Position numbers and translations under genes: made by a program. A stretch of 59,879 nt of DNA, the filler included, from Sphacelaria rigidula (taxonomy: Eukaryota): NCBI GenBank assembly GCA_964200075.2. It is 5 parts of 5 records of this genome, joined end to end, with 100 filler letters (N's around TTAATTAATTAA, not from the genome) between each part and the next. Parts side by side here need not be neighbours in the genome. Positions count along the whole stretch, not along the records: positions 11,999 to 23,895 come from CAXNAA020004361.1; positions 23,996 to 35,891 come from CAXNAA020004362.1; 3 more parts are not named here. One strand, written 5' to 3'. The first letter of the stretch is position 1, and the number at the start of each line of letters is the position of its first letter. This document shows positions 12,911-24,173 of the stretch, piece after piece. A model generated the notes under the pieces. It was not told the origin of the DNA and did not search any database. It saw only the letters and a list, made by a program, of their open reading frames with translations.

Positions 12911-13274
12911 CGCGGGGGCCGTAGCAGCGACGGGCCGTCCCGCCGGAGGCGTCGGCGGGGGTGTCGGGATGTCGGGCGGAGTCCCCGGGGGAGGCGGTTT
13001 GGGTGGCGCGGGGGGCGGCGGCGGCGGCCCGGGGGGGAGCGGCAAGGGTTTGGTGGGTGGGAACGGAAGCTTGAGGTCGGAGTGCTTGGTGTTTGTCAAC
13101 AGTCTGGAGGTGTGTTCCAAGTTTGTGGCGCACCTGAAGGAGTCCTTGGCGAGGGACGCAGCGGCGGCGTTTGGGGGTCGGGGTAATGACGAGGAGCGGG
13201 TGATGTCATGCCTGCAAGAGTTGGGTTCGACAGGGGCGCTGTTCGCCCGAGCCGCGAGCGACTGCTTGGAGGAG
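12911..13274 (+). CDS. COG4: conserved oligomeric Golgi complex subunit 4 exon with Gly-rich insert
   Basis: Boundaries aaccag|C GCG...GAG|gtgtgt. Gly-rich stretch, then ECLVFVNSLEVCSKFVAHLKESL...RVMSCLQEL, which resembles the COG4 helical region. Confidence 0.85.
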
Positions 13275-13275
13275 G

Positions 13276-13310
<35 letters not shown>

Positions 13311-13333
13311 GTTTGTGTGTTTGTGTGTTTGTG
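13275..13333. repeat. imperfect (GT)n microsatellite beginning at the intron donor
   Basis: Direct reading of the sequence. Confidence 0.95.
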
Positions 13334-13910
13334 TGTTTGTGTGTGTGTGTGTGCATGATATGGGTCTACTATCCCCCTCACTAACTACTCCTGTTCATCT
13401 ACTGTGGAAAACACGCTCCTGGCCTTCGTGAGTTTTCGTATTCCCGGTCCCCTGAAGAACATCTATATGCATCATGTCTCACGACCAACGGCTTGCTAGC
13501 TGTCTGGCCCACAACGAGAGGTTCACTCTCTCAAGGACAATCAACCTGCGTGGCCCACGCTACATCTTCGAGCCCACAATCTACAACCAGAGCACCGACG
13601 CAGCTCCCGCAGTGTGCAGTCTTCCGGGAGAGCACATTGTTTTCAATACCACCACTTCTACTGCTGCTACTGCTGTTGCTGCTGCTGCTGCTCCTCCTCC
13701 TACTGCCACTACTGCCTGCTTGTGCTGCTACTATCGCTTCGCTTCATTTTTTTTTTTTCAGGAAAGAGCTGGCACACTTTCGTTTGTTATTTTGTTTTCC
13801 CCCCTCATTCCGTCGCACTTTTTTTGCCCTTTCGCCCTTTCTCTTGTTGTTGTTGCTGATCTTTCCCTGCGGCATTGCGTGTGTGCATGTACATGTACTG
13901 TCTCCATCAG

Positions 13911-14059
13911 GTCCTGAACAGACTGAGGCCCGTGGTGCGGACGGTTGTCTCATCTAATCTTGGCGAGAAATCAGCGGTGTCCTACCAGCTGAGCGAGAAT
14001 CAGTACGCGACCAACGAAGCTGAAGATCCTTTTGCTCACGGCCTAGTCGAATACCTCAG
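13911..14059 (+). CDS. COG4: COG4 exon
   Basis: Boundaries catcag|GTC...CTC AG|gtatgt. Encodes VLNRLRP...VSYQLSENQYATNEAEDPFAHGLVEYL, matching the COG4 SYxLxExxYxxxEAxDP motif. Confidence 0.92.
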
Positions 14060-14873
14060 GTATGTATTGTAACCCCCCCCCCCCCCGAAGTGTAATGCTT
14101 CGTCTCGAAAGGGATTCGTTGTCAATGGTCAAACGACTAACAGTGTTTTCGTGAGATTGGGAGTAGAGTGCTGATTGAGAGTGGGTTCTATCATTCGCTT
14201 TAACGGGGCAATTTTCCATCCCGCGTGTGCTTTTCGTTGCCTTCACCACTGGCGTGCGGTTACAGCTGCACGTCGATATCCTACTCAGGGATGTCAAGGG
14301 CTTCAGTGGCAAGCTATAATGCTTTAGAAAGCATATCGGGTCTCGTGGAGCGGCATTTCGGAACTGAAACGATTCATTCATTCATTGAACGCTTTTCACT
14401 CTCAATCGTATCCTCTACTCTCAATCTCACGGAAAAATTGTTCAAGGCAAGCGACAAATGGGTACGCCCCCCCCGTCAAGTGTAATGTGACGGCGCAGTA
14501 TGTTTGTCAGACACACTTTGTGTGTGTTGTGGTCAGTTAAGGTACAACAACCAGTCAATCAAACTAGTCAAATCAATCTTTTTGTGGACATCCCTTGTGG
14601 TTGTTGGTGTACACGTGAATGTGCGAGTAGAGATCCACGCGTGAAGGAGGGCGTTGTGCGCCCGCAGTCGTGGCCTCAGTGCCGGTGGGATGGCCAGAGA
14701 CAAGTCGCGCCGCGTTGCTCGTAGTCCAGAGGCCATTCTTCGACTTCGACAAGTCGGCGGGTGGCACCAACCTGCACGTCTCTCTGTGAGATGATTTGCA
14801 CCTGTAACCCCAGTAACCCTAACACTGACGTTTGACATGTTTTCATGCGTTTGTTCGAAACAACACTCCGCAG

Positions 14874-15018
14874 ACTGCTGCTTGAGCCTTACCGGCCACC
14901 TGATGGGCTCTCGGAGTCTCTTTTCCTAGAGCTGTTGACGCTCGTGGCCGGGTACCTAGCGAAGCGCTTAGAACTAGCCCTGAAGAGGCGATTCTTTACA
15001 CAGCTAGGAGGACTACAG
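14874..15018 (+). CDS. COG4: COG4 exon
   Basis: Boundaries cgcag|A CTG...CAG|gtactt. Encodes ...YLAKRLELALKRRFFTQLGGLQ, matching the COG4 FxxLGGLQ motif. Confidence 0.93.
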
Positions 15019-15715
15019 GTACTTCCCTTCGTTGATATACATTTGTTGTCAGCCATCTGAAATTGCTCGACACCTGACCCCACCTCCCCCCTCCTCTTCA
15101 AAGAATGTGCACGACAGTGGCGTTACAATAGGGAGGCCTCTCTAAAGTATCATAACACAGTATCGGTCCCCCGGTAAGAAAATGAGTCGAAAGAAAACGA
15201 GGCTGACATTTTGGAGGAAAAATCATGAAGGTATCCAGGCTCGGCACTGCCTTGAGCTCAAGAAAGTTTATTCCTTTCCCTGTCTGTCTTGGCAAGAGAT
15301 ATCAAACCCGCGCGCATACGATACGTGTGGTGTGGTTTCCCGCTTGCGTAGAAGAAGAAATTCAGACTGCTGAGCCTGTTTTCTGGTTGTTTGTCACGGG
15401 GGCGATGGCTTCTTGAGTATCGGGCTTGTCCAAGGTATCTCTTTGGTGGGTATATCGCTCACGTCTACATCAGGCTTGTGTGTAGGTGCGGTCTTCGAGA
15501 AGAAGTTTGGTGACGTGCTTTGAGCATATTTTCTTTGCAGACACATCCATACTTGATATAAAGGCAGCGTGTTGAGCTGCTCGTACAGTACTGCTCTTAC
15601 TGACTCTCAAATGGTACGTCGGTTATTGGAACGGGTATCCATGCGGGAAAGTAAACCCATCTGAAATGATAATGAAGCTGACCTTGAGTGCGTTGTTTTT
15701 TTATCAACATAACAG

Positions 15716-15802
15716 TTGGATAAAGACCTTCGGTGCATCATGAGCTTCTTCACCGAACAAGCTGGGAGAGGAGCGCGAGAGCCGTTTGCCAGGCTAGCCC
15801 AG
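15716..15802 (+). CDS. COG4: COG4 exon
   Basis: Boundaries aacag|TTG...CAG|gtgagg. Encodes LDKDLRCIMSFFTEQAGRGAREPFARLAQ (compare FDKELR...RDKFARLSQ). Missed by the ORF track. Confidence 0.93.
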
Positions 15803-16046
15803 GTGAGGATTTACACCACTCGGGATCACACCGCCCGTACTGTATGACGGACGGCACGGCGGTAGCATTCTTCTCGCGTGGTATTTGAGGTAACTGCACA
15901 GGTGTGCGGCAGTTTTGGGATGTGTTGACCGGAGTGCTATACACGCAACTGTCAATAGTCGCCGTGCATTCATGCACACTGCTTCTGAACCCGGACTGTT
16001 CAGGTTCGCCATCTCTATTTGTTTTTTGTGCTTGAACGTTTTGCAG

Positions 16047-16139
16047 ATGTCTCTGCTGCTCAACCTGGAGCGACCGCAGAGTGCGGCAGACTACTGGGAG
16101 CCGGGCTCGCCCCTTCAGGCACAGCTCACGGCAGATGAA
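16047..16139 (+). CDS. COG4: COG4 exon
   Basis: Boundaries tgcag|ATG...GAA|gtgaga. Encodes MSLLLNLERPQSAADYWEPGSPLQAQLTADE (compare MATILNLERVTEILDYW...LTPAE). Confidence 0.93.
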
Positions 16140-16373
16140 GTGAGATCTCTTCTACGGAGGGAAATTTCTTGTTGATTTGTTCGTTTTCCTGCACGCAGTG
16201 TTTGTGTCTGTGTCGAGTGTGTGAATGTGATTTTTTGCGCGCTACTCGTCAATACGTGTATTTCCTCAGACCTGTGATCTAGCGTACCGAGAGCGGCCCT
16301 CCTAGAGATCGAATGCAGTTTTGCTCAGTGTTTTGATATTGGCACCGTCGCCTTGCATAATACCCTTGTATAC

Positions 16374-16416
16374 ACGTCTGTGACCACGGGCTCGCGAGAT
16401 CGGACTAATGTGCGGA

Positions 16417-16482
<66 letters not shown>
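16374..16482 (+). repeat. non-LTR/SINE-like 3' end with (AAT)n tail
   Basis: acgtctgtgaccacgggctcgcgagatcggactaatgtgcggaa followed by about 22 AAT units. An inverted copy lies at 17189-17270. Confidence 0.8.
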
Positions 16483-16484
<2 letters not shown>

Positions 16485-17186
16485 CGTTGGCAACCGTTAC
16501 GCCGTGCCTTCTGGTGTTCGGTCTATGGTATCGACGTTTGTTGCGTTGTGAGGATCTGTAACATCATGCCCTGGTGACTGACGACACGGCAAAACATGGA
16601 TTGTTGTACAGTAGTACTTTACGATGCATACAACACGTCAAACCTTGGTTACTGTTTTCTCAAAGATGCCTCCGCCCCCCGTACGCTTCGAGGTTAGTGA
16701 GATTTGTGTCCCGTCCGTCACTATCGTGACAGAACAAATTGACGTCGATCTGCGTGTAATACTTGAACACGAACCCACGCGGCATGCTTGATTCAGCTTT
16801 GTTTTTCATCTCTTCATCTGTTCGAAGAGCTGAGAACGGACAAAAGAGGATTGTATGTGGAGGCGGAGCGGACGTTTTACCGCGCCCGAACAGTATTCGC
16901 ATGATGAAGATACGTCTGACATTCCATGCAAGCGCCCACTGCAAACCGTTCGAGTGGTTCATCAAAGTTTTACCGCCAGCAGACCATTCTGCAACACGTT
17001 GATAATATGCGCATTACCGTATAAATTGTCACACACAATCAAGATTGAAAACCGTTACCAGCTTGGAAAAGCTGCACAGAGATGGGCGTATCCCAGTGGG
17101 TGTATCCCAGTGGGCGCTTGCATGAATATTCGGGTGATTTCCTGTGCGATCACTTCATTGGTGGGGAACGCTGGAAATCGTTGTGA

Positions 17187-17188
<2 letters not shown>

Positions 17189-17227
<39 letters not shown>

Positions 17228-17656
17228 TCCGCACGTTAGTCCGATCTCGCGAACCCGTGGTCACAGACGTAGGCTCAGTTCTGCTAAAACAACCTACCGT
17301 CTCTTTTCAAGCCCTTGTATTCTGCTTGAAGAACTACCATTTTTTCCAAACCTGGCTGTCTGTTGTTCTAGTTTTCAAGTGGTACAGGCTGCCCCCCCCC
17401 CCCTACCTCTTATGGTGAGGCCCCCATGAGGCAGGGTATAAGCCGTGCCTGTCTCTGGAAGTGGCGACACCAGGAAATAAAGCAACTCGTTGGAGGCTGT
17501 CATCCAAATGCGAGATAATCAGTAGGCTTCCGGCTAAAAAATCTCAGCAGGATGCAGGTCACCCTTGATGCGACTCGCTAAACACATCACTGCGCTTCGC
17601 GCTTGGTGATCGAGTGCGAGCCTGGTCCGGCGAAAACCCGGCGTGCTCCGTCTCGG
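17189..17656 (-). mobile_element. SINE/non-LTR-like element with (AAT)n tail; 5' end runs into the 10-N gap at 17657-17666
   Basis: Minus-strand 3' end shared with 16374-16482. Body shared with 3529-3775. Confidence 0.6.
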
Positions 17657-17846
17657 NNNNNNNNNNTCTTTTTTTTTTGGTTTGAAGTTTAAATTTTTTT
17701 TTTTTTTTATATTAACTTCCATTCTCCCCCCCCCCCCCCCCCCCCCCCCCCTTTCACACGGACGCACACACACGCAACTCTTCCCTTCATCACCCTCCCT
17801 TGGCGGTTTTCGTTCCCTCTTCCGTGATGATGCTCGTTCGACGTAG

Positions 17847-17921
17847 GTGGTGGCCGTACTTCACCAAAGAGAGGATTTCACACGAGAAGACCTATCGATG
17901 CTGGTGTTGCCGCAAGCGTGA
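17847..17921 (+). CDS. COG4: COG4 terminal exon
   Basis: Boundary cgtag|GTG. Encodes VVAVLHQREDFTREDLSMLVLPQA-TGA, matching the COG4 C-terminus VxxVLxxRxDFxxEDI. Confidence 0.88.
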   Translation: MVAVLHQREDFTREDLSMLVLPQA

Positions 17922-18502
17922 CAGAAGAAACTAACTACACGGCAACATCGGGAGAGATGTTTCCTGGAATTTGTCGAGACGTGAGAGTAGTGCGCTTTGT
18001 GTATGTATTCAACTCTGTCCTCTGTTGCATTAGCTGAATGTGTGTCATGGTCCGGTATCACGCTGGGAGAGCGGTGTCAGTTTATTTTAATAATGTTGTA
18101 CTGTTCCACGGTGAAACAAGATGGGGCCTCCGAGACGGATAGCATCGGAAGTTTGGTCTTATCGATGGGACTGTCTCCACCATATCGCCTTTTTCGTGTT
18201 TTCCTCTGGAGAAAGTCGCATGGAGGTTTGCGCTCTGTCCCTTTGATCGGTAAATGGCCACCCGGGTGTTTCAGTAACTTTTCAGGTAAAACCAACGCCG
18301 ATTCAACGTATCACCTCTCGGTTGGTCGAATGGTTGTGCTCCATATCGGCAATCCCTCCACCACTTCATGCTTGACTCTGCAACGTTGCCCTTCTACAGA
18401 GGGAAACCGCTCATTTTGTTAGGCTGCCGTGTCTCTGGCAACTGACGCACAACTGCTTGAAGCTGTAAGACCAAGACTTCGAAACAGCGTTGTACCCTTC
18501 AT

Positions 18503-18616
18503 ACCCTGGACAATAGAATACAGTCAAAAAGTGTACTGCGTACAGTATCGACTATTGCGCCTATTGCAACAGACAAAAGATTCCATACTGTACGCAGTAT
18601 TTTTTTTTGCAATATG
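18503..18616 (+). repeat. dispersed repeat (second copy about 46261-46395)
   Basis: cagtcaaaaagtgtactg..tacagtatcga.tattgcgcctat.gcaa.agacaa.agatt..a.actgtacgcagta is present at both sites. Confidence 0.8.
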
Positions 18617-18699
18617 ACCTGTTGTCATCACCCCGTGTGTGGTACCCCTGGGTGTTGTTTCGCCTCACCATCTTGGCGACACTTTCGAAAGACCCACGA

Positions 18700-19780
18700 C
18701 CCCTATATGTATATTACTAAAGGGGGGTCACACAAATATTGACGGAGGCGTCGCCTGCCCCAAACGACTACGCTGGCCTCTTGTTCCCATGACCAACCGT
18801 TTTTTGTGCGTTCGCGAGAGCGGCCCGACTCAGACATCGAGTGGGACGAACGCGAGCATCTCCTTGCCCTTGTTCTAACGTACCGCCGAATCCAACCACG
18901 GAAGAAACCGTGTGTAATCGGAAAGGACGACGTGAAGCGTTTCCCGCAGCTCGTCAATCTGGAAAGAACAAGATGGAGGGTCACGGAAGACTGTCAAGTA
19001 GGCTACTTACGATTTGTTTCATTTCCGACCTTAACACGAAATTGACACCTTGAATAGGGTGGTGAGGAGTTTCGGCGTATGGGCAAGGTTTGGCAATAAG
19101 TACTGTCGGTAGTCGCTCAAACCTCCGAAGAAGTGCATGAGAGAAAACATCACATGGTATGGGCATATGGGCAAGCGCGGAGATCTCGTTAAAGTACGAC
19201 CTTCAGGTGTGATCTATCGACCCAGAACGTGAGTATGAGTCGCGCTAAGGCGGGATTTGGAGGGGATGGGTTTGAAGTTGTGTTGTTCAAACCGTCTGAA
19301 AAAGCATGCCAAATGTTCGACGTGTTCGGCCGGTGTGCAGTCGTGACATACCGCATCATCGAGGTATGCGTGTGACAACATGTGGGCAGTCCATCGGTCA
19401 CACGAAACTTCACCTGTTGAACAGCGCCGGGAGCGCCGGCGGCAGCATGCGATGTTACCAGCCATCATTCATACAGTGCTGGCGGCGTGATAAAAAACGT
19501 GAGTTCATTAGAGTTCGGGTCCATCACGAGTTGATTTTAGCCGGATTACATACATCAAATTTTGATGAAAGCTTATCCCACCAAAGTGTCGGTACTTTCA
19601 TCTATCCGTAGAAGAGGCAGAGGGATGACTTTCGTGACCGCGTTTAACCGTTGGTAATTGACCGTCAGTCTGGTCTTGCCATTATTCTCACGGGCAACGA
19701 CTTGAGGCGAGGCCCAAGGGGACGTCGAATGCCGAATTAAGTCAGTGGCTGAGTGACCGTCGACAACTTCAATTTTCAAA
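18700..19780 (-). mobile_element. Ty3/gypsy pol relic (RT and RNase H), frameshifted
   Basis: LIRHSTSPWASPQVV...RLTVNYQRLNAVTKVIPLPLLRIDE. AYLDD with YLDD at 19355-19366, then EHVEHL...SKSRL...VLGR. RNase H-like GFGGTLEQ and WGRRRLRQYL. Confidence 0.9.
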
Positions 19781-19831
19781 TTGGTTGTCGTCTCAGGCTA
19801 TTCCACATCCGGTATTGGATTTCTGTGACAG

Positions 19832-19955
19832 AAAAACGAGCAGAACTTTTCGACAACTTTTCAAAAAACAAACATAATTTTGCAATAACCGCCAAAAAAA
19901 CGAGCAGAGAACTCTTCGACAACTTTTCAAAAAACAAACAGAACTTTTCAAAAAC
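19832..19955 (+). repeat. short tandem duplication (about 65-bp unit)
   Basis: aaaaacgagcag..aact.ttcgacaacttttcaaaaaacaaaca occurs twice. Confidence 0.8.
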
Positions 19956-20224
19956 CGCTCGAAACATGACCCCATTTTCTGGAGTACAGGGTGGTACACT
20001 CAGCACACGACAACACTGCAGTGGTACATGAAGTGCAGAGTACTACACTGAACATCAGACAACACGGCAGTTCTGCAGTGTTTTCTCGTGTTAAAACCTG
20101 AAGACGAACTGTATACAGTATGACACCGTCACTACTGTACTCTCTATGCTTGCAGAGTACAGCCTGTGCTCGGACAGGGGAGGTGGTACCCGGACAGGGG
20201 AGGCGGATAGCACGCTATCACTTG

Positions 20225-20595
20225 TGAATAGATACACTGCAGTAGCTGGGAATGCTTTGTTATTTATTGTTGGTGATAACTTGCGCGTCTTCTCTCATGA
20301 TGAGCATCAGCAACAAAACTGCGTGGTACGGTTGGCAACCGAGTTGCGTGCACGCTCATGGATAGTGCAGTCTGTACAAAGCTGCACGTTGCTGAAGTCC
20401 TCCTCACATCGAATTGTAAGCAGGGAGGACTGATAGTCCTGGGCTTTCTGCACTGCATGTTGCCCACTTCTCCTTCATATCTTCCTGAACGAAACACTCA
20501 CACACGCACTCAAGACACCCTGCTTGCAAGCGGTGCAGACAGTACAGACTTTGTGTATTGTACACGAGTGACCATGTCTACCGTCACGAATTTCA
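20225..20595 (+). repeat. dispersed repeat, inverted copy at about 57160-57530
   Basis: About 370 bp alignable, including gcaaccgagttgcgtgcacgctcatgga, ctgatagtcctggg and gacaccctgcttgcaagc. Confidence 0.9.
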
Positions 20596-21499
20596 GGCAC
20601 AGGACCCATACATAGGGACAATTTAATTTACAATTATTTGCGCGAAGGGCGATCACGTCCGAGCGTTCAACATCGGCACCCTGCAAACAGTGAGGACCCG
20701 TTTAAAATCAGCCGAAGAACAAAAACATGGGACGTGTCTTGTCTCACTGTACTGCAGCACAAACACACTCACTTCCGCTCTCAGGTGCTGTAGCTATCAC
20801 TGTTCTGGGGTGTGTTTAGACCTTGCGAAGACGATTTGGTCTCCGCTGAGATTGAGCGTACACACAACAGTCTTTGTATGACAGCAAGTCGAGCCGTAGC
20901 TGCTCATCAGCTGTGCACGTTGTGCGTGACCTCGCTCACATCTGTTCGGAATTCAGTGAGAAATGATGATTTGTGTGAGACGCGCGCGCAGCACACGCTT
21001 ACAAACCGGTCAGCAGCGACGCGTTTTCGGTTGTTCTTGGAACGCCTGCAGCCGCCATTCGTCCAATACAGAACGGATTTCTGTCAAACAAAGACTGCCG
21101 TGTGTAGATCAGTAAGGGATCGCAGTGAAACGAATGCGCGTGAGTGGTGGGTGTCTGTGCGTGTTTTTTCGAGGCTGGGTGTGTAGGTGTTGTGTTGCCT
21201 TGTTGTGTCTTTGTCTAGAGCATTATTGTACACAGACCTTGGACCTCCATGGACTATCGACCAATTCCGGACCCGCCGCATTTCTCAACCTGCGTGCAGA
21301 ACTGGGTTCGAATCTGTACAAAACTGCTTGTCGGTAGGACTGGGGACTGGTCGTTATGGGGCCAATCCCCTGTTGAAGTGGATTGTAAATATAGAGCCCT
21401 AAAAGCTCTAGCACTCTCTCTCCTTCACGCCGGTGGCTCAAATGCCGCCAAAGAAGGCGAGTCCCATCGCTCTTCATTGAAGGCGTCTGTCTCTTCTGT

Positions 21500-22560
21500 C
21501 CCTTTTCCATTACATTCCAATGTTAGAAAGGATAGCAAAATTGGAAGCGCGATGCGAAGCAGAGCGATCTATAACTAGGATCTTATCCACCAGTAGAGGA
21601 CTCGTACGGCATGGTCGCGTAGGTATAAATTGCGCGGGGTTTCTTCTGGTATCTTGCTTCTGAACGGTGTCGTGTTTCTGTACATCTCAGTCTAAGGACG
21701 ACGTGGAAAACCTTTCAGAAGATCGAATCAAGATGACTCTCAGTCTATCAAGAAGAGAACAGTGGGCTTCGAATCATCACCAGATAGACAGAAAGCAATG
21801 TGCCGCATGTAATGTAGAAGGCCATCCCACAGTGGCGGAAAGCCACCATACATTTTTTCTGGGGTCGAAGCCTGGCGTATCCGGCTGATCAGTTACCATC
21901 ACAGGTCCAGCAATATCCAACAGAAGGGTGTAGGTTTCTCGTGTTTTTGATCGACAACTCGGGTTTCCCGGGAGGACATGCACCTACGGTAAGGGTATCT
22001 GACAAGGTTTTCCGGAGTAGGGGTGCTTGAGGATAACCCAACAACTGATCGTGGGTTAGATCGAAACATGCAGGGGGCGTGAGACAGATGGCTTGCTGGT
22101 CCTCCATGCACAAATACTGCGGTCTATTCAAACGCACCATCTTGTGACTAGTTGGGTTTGGGCAAATCGACAAAGAATCGTTCGGTAAGGGTTGAGGTAC
22201 ATTGTGGCTCACGAGGTTAGCATGAATAACTTAGGGATTACGAGGAACGAGGTAAAATCTCCGACAACATGGCACTGTCGACAAGTATCGTCTGAATGCG
22301 TGTGGTCTTCCATGTAGGCGCGAGCCTCCGAATCAGAATCAGAGTCGAAACATTCCAGCGGCGGTTTGCCTATAACTGGGCGCCATTTGGTACAGATTTG
22401 TCTGACGTTACGTGCGTGTGGAGGAGCGAGCCAGCAATCTCGTCCCCACAACATATCGAAAGCCATAGAACTATCGGGAAGATTAACGCCCATACCCCAT
22501 AACCGAGTGGTGGGACGAGCATTGTCGAAAAATTCTATTCCAACTGGAGCCATGAATATT
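21500..22560 (-). mobile_element. decayed retroelement ORF: possible NADAR-like segment followed by aspartic-protease-like segment, probably upstream part of the gypsy relic
   Basis: ARPTTRLWGMGV...LW/GTRLLARS at about 22400-22525. LLLDIAGP at about 21903-21930 resembles LLDTGSP. Same strand as and upstream of the gypsy RT. Confidence 0.4.
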
Positions 22561-22571
22561 TTGTGAAAACA

Positions 22572-23043
22572 TGTTTCCACAAGGCGTGGCGAGCTTTCCC
22601 CAGGATCACAATCGAACGCGACGTTGGTTGTATTCGAATGATCGTGTTGACCAGACGATCTTGCAGCGACAATAGCCCCTTGCTGTGTGCCCAAACAGAT
22701 TCCTGTCCTCTTGCAGTGAGTGAGAAGATAATGAAGATGTGTTTCAAGTATTTATTTCTACTATCCACACGTAGGAGATTGGGTGAAGAGGGGTGAGGAA
22801 GACAAGTGAGAGAGTAGGGCGTAGAGCACTACCCTGTCTCGACTGCCTACGATCCAAAATCTACTGTCGGCGTCAGATCCGCGGCAGATACGCTTACAGT
22901 TTCCAAGTTACAGGAACTCGGGACAATGTGCTTTTCCTCAATCACAAGGAACCTTCTCAATAACATTCTTAGAATAATCGAATACTCCACAACTTCCCCG
23001 CTCATGCTTCTGGCTTCTGTTCGTAGATCAACTGTATTGAACA
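22572..23043 (-). mobile_element. probable 3' LTR of the copia relic
   Basis: Minus strand begins TGTTCAA directly after a polypurine tract AAGGGAGGG (23044-23052) and can end at ...GGAAACA (22572). The far end is inferred. Confidence 0.55.
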
Positions 23044-23189
23044 CCCTCCCTTAGCTTTATCGACTAACAAGCCTAAGCATGACCTTATTGTTATCGAATG
23101 AACTACATTAGATCGAACTCTCTACTATAATCGCTTAGCTCAAATAACATGATCCACCACAACAAGCGTGAGAACGGTGAAATCTACAT

Positions 23190-23845
23190 CCTGCCTAAGA
23201 AGAAATCACGGTGCCTTTTGAAACTCTTTCTTCCAACGGCTTTCGTTATCAAAGCCGCACGCTGATCTTCTGACTGAAGATATAATTCACAGATATATCA
23301 CCACTAGTATCCAGCTCGCTGAGAGAATGGTGCCGTACGTCGGTGTGCTCGCTGTTGGACGAGCTCAAAGGTTTTTCAGCTGAGTCTATCGCCCCCTTGT
23401 TATCCTCAAAAAACGCCAACGCCTTTCGACTCCAAGCTAAGTATAAGGAACTCGAGAATCCCCCTCACACACAGGGCCTCCTTGACACCGTCTGCCATTG
23501 CTACGTAGTCTGCCTCCGTAATGGATAGGGTGACGCACGTTTCTGCGTCCTAGAGAACCAAGACACTAGCGTACTTCCGCAGCAAATCGCTACACCGGAA
23601 ACGGAAAGTCGGAAAGTCTGTCCTCCATCTTATTATGGGCGTAGTCTGCGTCAACGTACGTATCCGAATCAAACTCCAACTGAATATATCCCAACTCGCT
23701 ACTCTTCTTGAGAAGTAAACCTAAGTCCGACGTAGCATTCAAATACTTCAGTATCTTCTGTACCGCCTTGAAATGAGTCAACTTGGGTTCATGAGAAAAC
23801 CGAGCGATTGCTCGAACGGTATTCGCGATATCGGACCTGTGACGC
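23190..23845 (-). mobile_element. Ty1/copia RT C-terminus and RNase H relic
   Basis: RSDIANTVRAIARFSHEPKLTHFKAVQKILKYLNAT...YVDADYA, then VSWFSRTQK, VTLSITEADYVAM and EDNKGAI...EHTDVRHH. Confidence 0.93.
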
Positions 23846-23895
23846 TAGCCAGCGCTAGAATGACAGCGTCAATATGCTTGTTCGAGGGACTCCCC

Positions 23896-23995
23896 NNNNN
23901 NNNNNNNNNNNNNNNNNNNNNNNNNNNNNNNNNNNNNNNTTAATTAATTAANNNNNNNNNNNNNNNNNNNNNNNNNNNNNNNNNNNNNNNNNNNN
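23896..23995. other. artificial contig-joining spacer
   Basis: N44-TTAATTAATTAA-N44. Confidence 0.97.
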
Positions 23996-24060
23996 ACGAG
24001 TCGAAACATTTTACTAGAACCAAGTAATTTCCAGACGAATCATTATTTGTCCGACCCTTG
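23996..24060 (+). repeat. 65-bp inverted repeat pairing with 28855-28919
   Basis: acgagtcgaaacattttacta.aaccaagt.atttccagacgaatcatt.tttgtccgacccttg is the reverse complement of 28855-28919 with three mismatches. Confidence 0.9.
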
Positions 24061-24173
24061 AAACTTTGATCGACAGCTCGGAACATATTCTTCAGCGGCC
24101 CATTCCTTAGACTGCGATGTATTATGCCACTTTTGGGGGTTCAAAACAGCTGCTTGTTTGCTACAGAAAGCGC

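Noticed and set aside
12692-13381. 229-aa Pro-rich minus-strand ORF
   Set aside because: Antisense shadow of the Gly-rich COG4 exon and the GT microsatellite.
13474-13957. ORFs with poly-L, poly-C or poly-A runs (also poly-L at 16302-16493, poly-Y at 16855-17418, poly-V/T at about 31000-31300)
   Set aside because: They are translations of intronic microsatellites.
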